From the human T2T-CHM13v2.0 reference genome, Homo sapiens, in NCBI RefSeq assembly GCF_009914755.1, contig NC_060937.1: 64,000 bases of DNA, one strand, 5' to 3'. The notes below the pieces were generated by a model that searched no databases, had not been told where the DNA came from, and saw nothing but the letters and a program-made list of their open reading frames with translations. Both the position numbers and the translations under genes were made by a program. Every line of letters begins with the position of its first letter. Positions within the stretch are counted from its first letter, which is position 1. Of the stretch, positions 42,350 to 56,989 are shown piece after piece.

Positions 42350-43039
42350 AGTCCTGAGGAAGAGACATATTTAAGGACAGGACTTTGGTCCTGAGTTTGA
42401 GACATCAGTCTGTAGACTGTGTGGAGACTCAACAGCCATGCTTACCCTTTAGGGAGAGGATGCAGAAACCCAGCCCCCATCTCTTTCCCTCCCTATATAT
42501 CCCGAGTCCTACTTATAATCCCAGTCTCCCCTGGGTCTGCAAATCAGCAGATGTCGGAGGTGCTGGAGAGGGGCATTCTTACCTCTCCTTCTTCCTATAC
42601 AGTTTCCATCTGCATATAAACCATGTTTCAGCCAAAGCCAATCTTCTTTGGGCAATTTCCCACCTTTGGGCACTTTCTTAGGCTGTGCCCTTCATCTGAA
42701 ATTGCTGCCCCTCATCCAGCTTCTACATGTGGAAATCCCATCCATTTGCCAAGGTAGAGCTCCCATGCCACCATGAGCTTTGAAAACTTCTCACATCTTC
42801 CTTGCTGGATTGAACTGTGCTTCCCTCTGGGTCCCCCAGGGTTTTGTTGGTGCTCATATCACATTCTGCCTCACACTGTGGTTATTCAGTTTCCTGTCTG
42901 AGCTCCTCTGTGTGATTCTGAGCTCCTTACAACTGTATTTTCTTCGTCTCTTCTTAGCAAACTGCTAGGAACATAGCAGGTACTATACATGTTGTAGGAG
43001 TGATGTGCTGTTATTTCGGGGTTAAATATGGTCAGTGAC

Positions 43040-44690
<1,651 letters not shown>

Positions 44691-45595
44691 GCTCAGTGAA
44701 TTGCTAGCCTAGATGAGTAGGGAGGATGGTATCTCTTCTCCCGAATGGAGAAGAGTGATCAAGGTATTCCCAAGTGCTCAGGACCCTGGGGGACCATGAG
44801 ATGCCTAAAACCTGCCCCACTTCCATCTCTGCCCTCAAAGTCTCCAGCATCTCTACAGAGGTGCAGGAGGTTGCTAAGTCGCCTAGTTGTTCTCTAAACT
44901 TGTGGTTCTAGAGGGTCCTGGGGTTCCCAAACTTCTCAGGTATCACAGTCAGGGGAGAGACCAGTACTCCATAATGTCTGTTTTTGGCTCTGATAGCCGG
45001 TCAAAGGAGGAGTCTGGGACCTCTGTTAGTGAGAACATGAAATTGTGGTCTACTTGGGCCAACGTGAGGAGTTCAGGGGTACTATAGTATTGGAGGAGAC
45101 AGTGCTTCAGGGCAAGAGCTTCCTATGGGGTGTCTGCTGCTCCCCGAGGCCTGTGCCCCAGGAAAAGTAGTCTGATGGGGACACCCTGAGAAATGGTGGA
45201 AGGGCCAGCTCTCCTGAGAGCAGCCCAGAGTCCATGATCTGTGAGCTGCTGGGCCTTCTTGAGCAAAGACCTGGCTCTGGATCCCAGACCTTGAACCAGG
45301 TAGAGGATCCCAAGTATTGAGAAAACAACTATCTTTCCCTTTGAAATAGGAATTTAGTTTAGCCTAAATGAAATGAGTTTCTGGTTGCTGTTCTTGTTTT
45401 TAGCCCATGGCTTCTTGTTGAACAGTGGTTTCCTTCATTGCCTTCACCTAGCTCTCTTATTCTTAACTTGGGCTCCCCTCTTCACCCATGTCCTGGGCAC
45501 AGTGCAACTTCATACAGATTCCTTTATCTTTCAAAAGTCCTTCCAAGATCTCAAGACCCTCTTCAATGGGTTGTGGCCTAATGTGATGGCTGTCA

Positions 45596-45925
<330 letters not shown>

Positions 45926-46099
45926 TCACCTTTCATCCTGGGGTAGGACCCAGAGTGCTATATATATTTTTTAACAGCCCTATTGAGATAAAAGTCACAT
46001 GGGATCTCTCTTTTTAATAGCATCTCTGGTGATTCTGATGAGAAGCCAGGTTTGGGGGCCACTGGCTTAAGGGGGAAGTCAACCAGACCAGGCATAGTT

Positions 46100-47425
46100 C
46101 CAGGGGATATGGAGGGAACAAGTTCAACAACAAAACAATCCCACTCTCATTAAGTCTCCATTCTATACAGGAATATGATAGTCTATTAGTAGATAAATAA
46201 GTTCATTTCAGATGCTGAAAGGTGCTATGGGTAAAACAGGGCCATGTGAAGTTGACTGACTAGGGAGGATGATTTAGCTGGAATCCAGGAAGATTCTCTG
46301 AGCAAGCAGAGTGTTGAATGGTGAGAAGAGACAGCTATGTGAGGGGACAGGAAGAGGGTTCCAGGCAGAGGGAGTATCCAATGCTAAGACCCTGGAGGAG
46401 AGTGAGGCTGGCAGGTTCGAGGACTGAAAGCAGGACAGGTGGCTGGAGCTTAGTGTGTGGGTGGGACCTGGAGGCAGGTGAATTACAGAGGAGGCAGCAG
46501 GCTGGTCATGCAGGCCCTCTAGGTCTAGGTTGGGGTAAGACAGTGTGAATGTTATGATAACTGTAATTATCATGTTAAGCAGAGAAATGACATGGTCTTA
46601 TTTATAAAGATCATGTGGCTTCTATGGGAAGATAGACTAGGGGCATGTGGAGCCAGGGGCTGTTGCAGAAATCCAGTTGCAAGATAATGAAGATTGGGTT
46701 AGGATCATGCCCTTGGAGATGGGGAGAAATGGGATCCCATCAGATTTGGGATCTACTTTACAAATAGAGCTATGAGCCTAATAATGGATTGGATATTGAG
46801 CACGAGGAAAAGAGAGGAATCAAGGATGATGCCTAGGTTTTTGGACTGATCAGCTAGAGAGTGGAGCCATTTCTCAAGATAGATAAGGCTTGGGGTGGGG
46901 ATAGATGGCAGATGTAGGGGAGAAAATGAATATGTTTTAGTCATATTCTTTTGAGATGCTCATTGGACCTCCTAAGACAATATGTTAAGTAGGCACTTGG
47001 GTGTAAAGTCTGGATCTGATGGAAGAGTTCAGGGCTAGAAACACACATTTAAGAGTCAACAGAGTGTATGATCACCTGAGGGAAGAATATGGATTGAGAT
47101 GAAGACCAAGACCAGAAAGCTGGGGTCAGTGGGACATTTAGAGGTTTGGTGTAGGAGGGTGTGATAACGCAGGAGATGGAGAATGATATGTGGGAGGTGG
47201 GAGAGAAGCAGATGAATGTGCAGCCTAGAGAAGGCGGCATTCAAGAAAGAGACAGTGGTTGACCTTGCTGAATGCCACTGAGAGAGCAAGCAAGAATGGA
47301 CAGTGAATTGAATGATGTCTTTAGCAAGATGTAGGCCTTACTGGTTTAGTAAGGCCTACATCTTACTTACTGATGTTGTTTTAGTGGTAAGGGCAAAAGC
47401 ATAACAGGAATAGAATGAAAAGAGA
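46100..47425 (-). mobile_element. L2 (long 3' portion)
   Basis: Purine-rich antisense L2 text (ccaggcagaggga, gctggtcatgcaggcc, gaggaatcaaggatgatgcctaggttttt). Confidence 0.85.
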
Positions 47426-47479
47426 GTCCTTGTCCTAGTTCTCAGAGGACAGCTTCTCTTCCCTACTCAAGAGCTTGAC

Positions 47480-47722
47480 TCACAAAACTGAAACTGTGTA
47501 CCCGTTAAACAACAATTCTCCATTCCCTCTTCCCCCAGCCTTTGGCAACCACCATCCTACTTTCTGCTTCTATGAATTTGACTACTCTAGATACCTCATA
47601 TCAGGGGAATCATACAGTATTTATGTTTTCATGGATGGCTTATTTCACTTAGCATAGTATCCTCAAGGTTCATCCATGTTGTAGCATGTGTCAGATTTGC
47701 TTCCTTTATAAGGCTGAATATA
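47480..47722 (-). mobile_element. L1MB 3' UTR fragment
   Basis: aactgaaactgtgtacccgttaaac...tatgaatttgactactctagatacctcata. Confidence 0.88.
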
Positions 47723-49394
47723 TGTGTTAGACTTTCAATGTATGTTTATGTTCTGTTTCCCTCTCCACCACCCCACAGTTTCAAACAGATAGTTGTACTT
47801 TTGTTATTTCTCCTTATCTCAGGGATTTTTGCAGGGCTAAAAAGAAGAACCAGTTGAAAATAATTGCTCCTGCATTTTAAAAAAAATCTAAGCCACTGAA
47901 GACATAACTCAAGATTGATGGAGGCAGGGCATAGTGGGGACAGAAAGGATAGATGACACCTCCAGGACAGGAGGGGACACATGAGAGGATGGAGGAGTGG
48001 CACGATCCTCAGAGGAAATGGCTCGTGGGTGCTCAAGGAGTATGGGCTCCACGATGCAGATTCTGTGCCTCACCTGTTGCATGAAAAAGCACAAGCTTCA
48101 AGGGATCACATGAGCTGAGATCAGAGAATACAGTAGCAGCTGCTATGGACTGGAGGTAAAGGACCCTTTCTCCGTTTCACAGTTATTTCTTAAGCCTCAT
48201 GCATCTAGGGCTATCATGAGTGATACTGAATTTTCTTCCAAACCACCGGGATGAGGCCTCAATTCAGAATTAAGCTACTCTAAATAGAGTACTATGTCTT
48301 TTACACCTGAGTTTGTGGAGTAAAATTCATTCCCACTATGCTCTGCAGTTTCCTTCTAAAGCATTGTAATTAACTTCCATGCATCATAGCATAGAGGTTT
48401 ATAGAACAGTAGGATAATGGATGTGAAAACACTTTGAAAGGTTATAAACACCAAATAAATGGAAGGGGAGAAATAGCCATGCCGCACTCAGAATGAAAAT
48501 CACCGTCCCATTAACCCAGAAAGCTCCAATAAACCACAGACCTAGCTAAACTAGAGAAGGTCACTCTTTTTAATAGTGTATGATCAACAATATTAGCTTG
48601 AATATGTTAACATCTTTTGTCATCAGAAGTTCCAGGAGAGTAGGAACTAGTATGAGATGAGCCCAGCTAAACGTTAAATATTATTAGTAGATTGCCACTT
48701 TTTTTGTTACAATTTATGTTAAACAGAGAGGAAATGAGGAAAGAAAGGAGGAAGAAACATTTTCTTTTCTCTACCTCCTTCCTGAAATTCTACCTTGCAT
48801 CCTAATAATGTAAATACTGCTGGAAAGGGTAGGCTAGGGTAAGAGTAAGCTATTATCAGTCATTCATATTTACACTTGGCTCTTTCATAGGAGCTGAGCA
48901 GATTTGCTGGAAAGTGTAGTAAACCTGTGAGCAGTTAGAGAAAGCTCCCTGCTAGGGAAAAGCACTTTCCCTCTCGCTCAAATTATTTAGGGTGATAAGA
49001 ATAAACTTGAGTGACTTTGATATTTGGTCCAGGGCACTCCAATCAGTACCAGACCAATCCGCCTTTGACGCAGATGGTAATTTGATAATTTCTACAAGAA
49101 ATGGTTCAGATTCCTGCCCTACACTCAACAGTTCAGGCTGCAATCTCAATGTAGTTTAATCTTTAGAGGACCATTTGTTTTTTGCCGCAAGGCATTCTTT
49201 AAGTAGGCAGCCTGGCTCACTTGAGCACAGGCAAACCTGCACGTCGCAGCACCCAATCCAAATGGAAAAAAAAGTCCAGGGAAAACATTAATCAGGTGTG
49301 AATCTTACAGATGAGAAAATTGTGAGGGGCAGCAGGATAGCAGAGGAAAAGCATCTGTCTAGTGTTTGTTGGATCACCAAGCCCAGGAGGATGG

Positions 49395-49438
49395 GTTGCC
49401 TAGCAACTCCCAGTCACTTCAGACTAGTGCTAGGCAAC
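49395..49438. promoter_or_regulatory. Candidate paired RFX X-box sites
   Basis: GTTGCCTAGCAAC (49395-49407) plus inverted copy TGCTAGGCAAC (49428-49438); motif only, no functional data. Confidence 0.55.
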
Positions 49439-50843
49439 AAGATGCAATCTGTCAGCCACATCTGATCGGTGTTTTCTCCTGGTTTTTAGAAGACATGTAG
49501 GTATTTCAGCAGCATCTAATTATCTTGATTTCATTCACTTCACTGTCTGCATCGGGTATCTAGTCTCCCCCTATCCCTCCCTCCTTGTAATGTTCAAATG
49601 CTCTTCTCATACAGGAAGGAACCTAAACCTTGGAGGGAAATTTCATCCATTTCAGGGAAGAGGAATATGAAAATGTGTCATTTTTGTTACATTAGGCATT
49701 TCCCACTTTTCATTAAGCCAGCTCTCTATGATCATTTTCAGGGTTCCTTACAGACATACAAATCGTTAGAGACACAAAGAGAAATCAACTGACAAATGCC
49801 TAGGAAACCAGGACCTATATTTCATGATGATGGTGGCCATTCTACCGCCTTCTTGCTTCCCCATGGGAGGAGAGATGGGCACGTGGTAATACGGCTTCAT
49901 CTGATTTCTGCAGTCCAGCAATCAATGGTGTTTATTGAGCCGATTGAGCACTTTCTGTGTATTCATTTTTTTTCTTTTTAAATTCTCACGGTAACCCTAT
50001 TGCTAGTTCCATTTCACATTTGAGGAAAATGTCTCAGGAAGCCCAAGTCTCTAAGACACGCAGTTCCTTGATGGCTCTAGGTGTCCTTTGGTGTCTTTCC
50101 AAAGGTATATGTGACATGGTCTGTGCTCATGGTCTGTGCTAGTTGGGAAACTGGTAATGATTTTGAATTATTGGATTTTTTAAAAATTCAAGACAAAATG
50201 GAATTTAGAGGGATTCAGAATAGGGGAAGTCTATGGTTGTCATCTTGCAGGGAATGAGCCTGTAAAAAGGCTTAAAGAAATTGAGGAGAGGATTCCATGC
50301 TCCCCTGAATATCCTTCCAGTAAAGCCACTAAAAAGCAGTGGCATCTTTTGGGTCTTCAGGCCAGTCTTTAACTTTCAGAGGGCAGTGCAAAAAGTGGAA
50401 ACAAAAGTGAACCTAGACCGTACTCTGCCCCTGGTTTTGGTTGAACTTTAGACTCATAGTTTTACAAGCCCCTATATGCATAGGTCTCCAGGCACCCCAC
50501 CACTTCATATAGGTCCTGGCTGCCACGTAAACATCCACCTATTCAGAGACCGGATTGAAAATGAGATAAATATTAATCTTTCCTGGCATGGCAGTGCCTG
50601 ATTTTCCAATTAGGAACTAGAAAACAAACGGAAAATCAAGTTGCCCAGAGAACAGAAAAGGGCGGGGGTTGGGGGAACGAATCAAGAGGATTGGTTCAAG
50701 GTCAAAGTGAATAAGGTGATAACTTACCAGCATGTGAGCTATCTTTTTATTTTTAGAATAGCTCTTTCTAAGGTTTATTGCTTTTGGAAAGAAGTTTTAG
50801 GATATTATTATATTTGTATGTTCTAATGCCTGGGTATCATCCC

Positions 50844-50845
<2 letters not shown>

Positions 50846-50885
<40 letters not shown>
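50846..50885. repeat. (AC)20 microsatellite
   Basis: Direct read. Confidence 0.97.
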
Positions 50886-50889
<4 letters not shown>

Positions 50890-51474
50890 TCACACACATC
50901 ATGGCTTTGTTAAGCTATTGAGTCTCAGATCACCTGTAAAAGGTATTAAGTAGGGCAATGATTCTTAAACTTTAATGAACATATAAATCATCATGCCAAA
51001 AAGCAGATCCTTAGGTGAGGTGAAGCTCAAGATTCTGTCTTCCTAACAGACTTCTGATCCAGAAATCATATTTTGAGTAACAAGGCTTTAGAGGCTTACT
51101 GATTAGAGTCAGAAATTGGGTTAGAGGATCCCACAGGTACTTCTGCTTTTTAAGATATTATTCGTGATTAGAGTGTTGTTTAAACTGAAACCATCAAAGG
51201 TAGCAAAAATTGGCAGACTCACTGAATCTCAGCATTGGAGACCACTCTGTTCTCTGGAAAACTCCCTGCTGATGTAACCTATTCTTTTTCCCCAGCAGCA
51301 GTGAGGTTTGAAGTGATGCTTGACACCACGGTACAGAACCTCTTGGAATCCTTGCCAAAATTCTTTGAAGTAACTGTTATTCCTTTTATTTTCAAAGTGA
51401 AGAAATGGATAGGAATGGCCATGAAGTATGAGCATGAACTGAAGAGAGGTAAACAATGATTAATAGCAATGTCT

Positions 51475-51700
51475 GCTGGGCTGCTCCAGGGATCTTTATT
51501 GCATTTTATCTAACAGCCTCATTAATGGTCTAGAAGAGGTAGATGCTAACAGAACTTTAATTACATTCATGGTGGATATTAAATTGGAAGTGATTGTGAG
51601 TCTCAGGAAAGGCAGAGAGGCAACCTCAGAGTACATGATGAGTAGAAGATAAAATGAAATCCACCATTAATAGGTGAAGAGAAATGCCTTCTGCACATGG
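51475..51700 (+). mobile_element. L3/CR1 reverse transcriptase remnant
   Basis: Translates with a frameshift to GLLQGS...NSLINGLEE...LITFMVDIKLEVIV, cf. CR1 GVPQGS...NIFINDLEE...LIKFADDTKLGG. Confidence 0.75.
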
Positions 51701-51714
51701 CTGGCATGGAAATA

Positions 51715-51900
51715 ATAAGGGTTTCAGAGACTGGCTTACTGTGTGCCAGACATTGTCCTGGGTGCTTTGGAGATTAAGTCTTTTGTTCTTTCCAATAACA
51801 TGATGGGGTGGACGCTATTGTAATTCTAACTTTAGGTACCTAAGGAGATTGAGGCTGGGAGAGGTGAAGGGGCTGACAAGGTACCCTGGTAGCAAGTGGT
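51715..51900 (-). mobile_element. MIR
   Basis: ttactgtgtgccagacattgtcctgggtgcttt...gagattgaggctgggagaggtgaag. Confidence 0.7.
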
Positions 51901-53299
51901 CTAGAAATTTAACAAAATAAATCCTCCTGAGTCTTTTGGTCTTATAGTTATTTTCCTATAGAGTTACAAAAGAGTTGTAAAACTATGCTTTAGACATGTT
52001 TCTGGTTATTTGGCTTAAGTGAAATATTTTTTGTGTATTAGCCTCAGGACAACCTATTTCAAGAAATCCTTTTTGAGAGAGATGTTTATAGCATCCATTT
52101 CATGACCGCCATGACTACTTGGGCATCCAGAAAGGGGCCCTGGCTGTCAGAAAGCGGCACACACTTTGGGGGTAGAGGCTTGATCTGTTGGTTTACTCTA
52201 CGTCTCCAGTTTCTAGAAGAGTGCCCGGCATACGGTAGACATTCAAGAAAGAATTACTAAAAGTATGTCAATTAGTCCACGTTGATTTAGCATCAATAGC
52301 TTTAACTTGGTATTCAGAAAGAATTAGGTAGTGGGTTTAATGGCAGAGACAAAGGCTGTGGGTGTTGGGTGGTGACACATTTCTGCTCCATGGACTTAGA
52401 AGTTTGACCTTGGCCTTACTGCCATTTCTAATGTGTAGCCTGGGCAAGTAATTCATCAAGGTTTTCTTGCCCATAAGGAGGGATCATGGTTGTGCCTTTC
52501 CTTGCCTTCACAGATGGGGAGAATCATATAAGAAGAAGGCTGAGAAGGCATGCTGTCAACTGTAAGCCACAATACTAATGTTTGTTATTATCATACAATT
52601 AGGATCTCGCACTGTGTTTATCAAATTTGATATCCCTAGGCTAATATTTGGGAAACAATTAAGCTAGCTTAACCACTCAAATAAATTCACTGTAACACTA
52701 AGCTAGTCCAAGAGAGTATGGCTCATCACTTTGGAGCAGATGGCAACAGACTATATTTTCTTTGCTGGGTGAACTTCAGAATCTTTGGAGACTGGGCCCA
52801 GGAATGTTGTTATGAAAAATGCCTCCATATGATTGTGATGTTCTGCCAGGTTTGAGAATAATGACAAGGTGAAGAGAAAACTTGCTTCCTAAGGAGAAAG
52901 GGGAGGGCTCTGAGAACAAATGGCTGGAAGGCAAGTAAGTGGTCAAAGGATGCCAAAGGGTGGAGAGTGCTGGACAACCTTGACTTTAGACAGGAAAGAG
53001 GTAATAGGAAACAGTTTCAAAGTCAATGTCACAGGCTGTGCCTTGAGTGGGTAATGCAGGGGCTCCCATCACCCAGCTCAGGGTGGAGTGCTTAGTGTCT
53101 ATACCAGGAGAGGAAGCAGAGTCAATATTTGCTAGTTCTGGTAATTGAGGATCATTTTGCAAACAGATGTTTCTAGCGTTGGCTTTCATGCCACTGACTG
53201 AGCTCCCTCCTTCACATAGAGTTGCATTAGTTTCCCCTTTCTTTGTACCTTCTGACCCATCCATTTCCCCATGCCCAGCAGTGGGTGTAAGTCACAGTC

Positions 53300-53800
53300 A
53301 TTCATTGATTCAACAATTATTGGTTGAGTGCCCGCTCTTTGCCAGCCCCTATGAGAGGCCCTGAGAACTCTATTCCCAGGGAACAAAACAGACAAGTCCA
53401 TGCCCTCTTAGAGACCACATTGAAATGGGGAGACAGACATGAATGAAATAAATAAATGCACATAAAAGTTTAAAAAACCCCAAAGCTCTGTGTGTACCAT
53501 GAAGGAAATGTGTGGGGCTGATGAGAGCTTACAGTAGAAAGGTGTGCTGCAGTGAAGGTGTCCAGAATGGTGTTCCTGAAGGAGTGGCGTTTGTGCTGGT
53601 ACTCAAGGGTGGTGGAAGCTGACTAGGTGAGGGGAGTGGAGGAAGGAGTAATTCACAGTGTTCAGGAGTGAGGGATCTGTCACAGGAAGACAGGCGTGGC
53701 TAGGGGACAGAGATGGTGGCCTGGCAGGTGTCTGGGTTGGGCATCTGTCTTAAGGGAAATGGGAGACCTGGAAGTTTCTAAGGAAGAGTGGCAGTGTGCA
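53300..53800 (-). mobile_element. L2 3' portion
   Basis: cattcattgattcaacaattatt...gaacaaaacagacaagtccatgccctct. Confidence 0.75.
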
Positions 53801-53818
53801 TAGGAGGTATATGAGGAA

Positions 53819-53876
53819 GAGAAAGAGAGAGAGAGAGAAAGAGAGAAAGAGAGACAGAAAGAAAGAGAGAGAGAGA
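53819..53876. repeat. (GA)n/(GAAA)n purine tract
   Basis: Direct read. Confidence 0.93.
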
Positions 53877-53877
53877 C

Positions 53878-54251
53878 TGTACTAGTTTGCTCTGGCTGCC
53901 ATAATAAAATACTGGGTGGCTTAAAAGTCAGGAGCCTGGAAGTCCAAGATCAAGGTGTTGGCAGTGTGGGCTCTCCTGAGGCCTCTCTCCTTGGCTGTCT
54001 TCTCTCTGCCTGGTGCTCTCTCGATGTAGTTCCTCTGTGCATGCAACCCCTGAGTGTCTCTTTCTCTTTTTATAAGACACCTATCAGATTGGATTAAGGC
54101 CCACCCTAATGCCCTTATTTAAACTTAACCACCTCTTTCAAGGCCTTATTTTCAAATGCACTCATACTCGGAGGTACTAGACTACAACATACACATTTTT
54201 TCTTTTTTGGTGGGGTGGGGTGGGGAGGGGGACACAGCTTGGCCCAGAACA
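53878..54251 (-). mobile_element. MaLR solo LTR, MLT1A0/B-like
   Basis: tgtactagtttgct...gaagtccaagatcaaggtgttggcag...gattggattaaggcccaccctaatg...aaca. Confidence 0.88.
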
Positions 54252-54275
54252 GGGGTGTAGGCAGATTTATGGTTT

Positions 54276-54473
54276 TTTTTCTTTCTCAAAAATTTGTTAT
54301 TTCCATAGGTTATTGGGGAACAGGTGGTGTTTGGTTACATGAGTAAGTTCTTTAGTGGTGATTTGTGAGATTTGGGTGCACCCATCATTACCCGAGCAGT
54401 ATACACTGCACCCAGTTTGTAGTCTTTCATCTCTCACTCCCTTCCCACCCTTTCCCCCTGAGTCCCCAAAGTC
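54276..54473 (-). mobile_element. Short L1PB 3' fragment
   Basis: tggggaacaggtggtgtttggttacatgag...gagtccccaaagtc; short TSD tggttt. Confidence 0.9.
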
Positions 54474-54686
54474 TGGTTTCTCTGGCCTCAAGTGGAGAAT
54501 GAATGGAAGCAAGCACCTAGCTGAAGCTCCCACCGTGGCCTGGGCTCAGTTCATGCCACGTGCTCTGGAATATGCTCTATCCAGGCAGTGCCTCAACCCT
54601 CCGTCCTGTCTCCTATAAAGACTATTCCCTTTACGTGCAGAACGTTCTAGTGCTGTGAAAATCTGAACACTGCTTTACAAGCTTAC

Positions 54687-55773
54687 TTTATTTATTTATT
54701 TTCACTTTCAGTTGGAATTCATTTTTAATATTTAAATACAAAAAGTGAGCACTGGCTTTATTATTATTATTATTTACACACACAGTTCTAATAGACAAAA
54801 TGTGCAGAGGAAATGAGCTCGCATTTCTGTCCTTCACAGCCCTCATCTTGTGGCTAAAGCTGCAGCCGGCCTCCCTCCTGTCCAACATACGTAAGGACTC
54901 ACAGTGGCTGCTTTACGCTACGATTGTAATGCATTTTGTGTGTTTCATAGTGTATACACGCTCTTTTCTCTCTCTCTTTTTAAAGCAGTTGTTAATGGTC
55001 AGGGGTACCACCCTTCCACTAGCATCAGTTGCTACCTCACAATCAGATAGTGAGGAAATCTTCCAGTTAGGAGCAATTGATTGATAGGAGTTGGGGGGTG
55101 AGGGAGGTGGTGGCCAGGGCTGGAATAACCACTGCATGGCTGCACTCTGGCATCAGAGTGACGACAGAAGTAAGTCAGGAGAGCGTGGAGAGTACAGTTG
55201 CGAGTTAAGCTCTCTTTGTGAGACAATGTGAGGAGAATTCTCTCCACCAGGTTTAGATAAATCCATGTACCAAAGTTAAAAAAAAAATCAAAATAATCAG
55301 GAATTCAAACACTATTGAATTTAAAATTCTCCCACCGAGACAGCTCAAATATAGCAGTCACCATCTAGATCTTTCCAGGAAGTGAAGGAGGGCCCCTGGC
55401 ATTCTTCTGGACAGCCGTGTGGCGCCGGAGACGTATCTGCCGCTGCTGCTGCTGCTGCGGTTGCCCCATTTGCAACTTCTCTGTCTCAAAGATGACAACA
55501 AGAACCAGAATCATGAAGAAAGAGGTTCCAATCCACAAGGCTGCCCTGGAAAACCAGTACATTTTTTGAGCCACGAAGAGGGGAGAGATGGAAAGTGGCT
55601 CTGCCCTCGGACTGGCCCCTCTCCGGAACATCTCCTTCAGGCCCCACAGCCTCTCCGACAGGGTCTCATCTGGCTCCTTGTGGTCGCCCTCATCCAGTTC
55701 CTCCTCAGTCTTTTGGCAGCAATTTATCCACCGACAGGGGTTCCTCAGCGCTGGCGTGGGAGCCATGGCTGTG
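54687..55773 (-). pseudogene. TOMM22: Processed (intronless) retrocopy of TOMM22, mitochondrial import receptor; pseudogene number not assigned, symbol is the parent gene
   Basis: ORF 55365..55766 contains DETLSERLWGL.EMF, LFVAQKMY.FSRAALWIGT, FETEKLQM and PSLPGKI*, all TOMM22 text; no introns; ~660 bp of 3' UTR-like sequence, ATTAAA signal (54724-54729), poly-A remnant (54687-54702), degenerate TSD acaagcttacttt/acgagctagacttt. Confidence 0.96.
55365..55766 (-). CDS. Residual 133-aa TOMM22-like ORF in the retrocopy; translation unproven
   Basis: Open from parental ATG (GCCATGG context) to parental TAG, but three segments read out of the parental frame. Confidence 0.2.
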   Translation of the reverse strand: MAPTPALRNPCRWINCCQKTEEELDEGDHKEPDETLSERLWGLKEMFRRGASPRAEPLSISPLFVAQKMYWFSRAALWIGTSFFMILVLVVIFETEKLQMGQPQQQQQRQIRLRRHTAVQKNARGPPSLPGKI

Positions 55774-55796
55774 ACGAGCTAGACTTTAAAATATTA

Positions 55797-56214
<418 letters not shown>

Positions 56215-56555
56215 TCACCTAAAGGCAACAGGAAACCATTTTCATAACTTAATTTTGAAAACACCCGATAAATAAAATAATTTTATTTTATTGCATTTTT
56301 CTTTTGCCGAAGCATTACTTAAAATAAGTGAACACATATTAGCTGTCCTTTAAAATGTGCTTCTCTGACTTGTCAGTATGTTTTAGAGAATGAAAAATGA
56401 GAGAAAGTTATATTACTTAGCTATTGAAAGTTAATTTTATATTTCCAGTCCTTGACAGTATAAGAAAAACGAGAACAACAAATCAGAGTAAATACAAATC
56501 ATCTACCCATTCAAATAATCAGCACCATCAACAATTCATTGTAAGGAAATGCTTT

Positions 56556-56849
56556 TTTTTTTTTTTTTTTGGTGAGACGGAGTCTGGCTCTGTCGCCCAG
56601 GCTGGAGTGTCGTGATTTTGGCTCACTGCAGGCTCCGCCCCACGGGTTCAAGCCATTCTCCTGCCTCAGCCTCCCGAGTAGCTGGAACTACAGGCGCCCG
56701 CCGCCACGCCCGCCTAATTTTTTGTATTTTTAGTAGAGACGGGGTTTCACTGTGTTAGCCAGGATGGTCTCGATCTCCTGACCTCGTGATCCGCCCACCT
56801 CAGCCTCCCAAAGTGCTGGGATTACAGGCGTGAGCCACCGCGCCCGGCC
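56556..56849 (-). mobile_element. Alu SINE, AluY-type
   Basis: Y diagnostics (gccattctcc, tgttagccaggatggtctcgatctcctgacctcgtgatcc); perfect TSD aggaaatgcttt. Confidence 0.97.
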
Positions 56850-56989
56850 AGGAAATGCTTTCTAAAACTTCAAAAGATGGCAATATTGAAGAACCTCATT
56901 CAGAAAATAAACCGTGGCCTACAATGGGAAGAATGAGGGGTATCAGAATCATTGTTAGTCATTCAATATGTATTTTGTACCTGCTATGC

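Noticed and set aside
50115-50140. 13-bp tandem duplication catggtctgtgct x2
   Set aside because: Ordinary slippage duplication with no further structure
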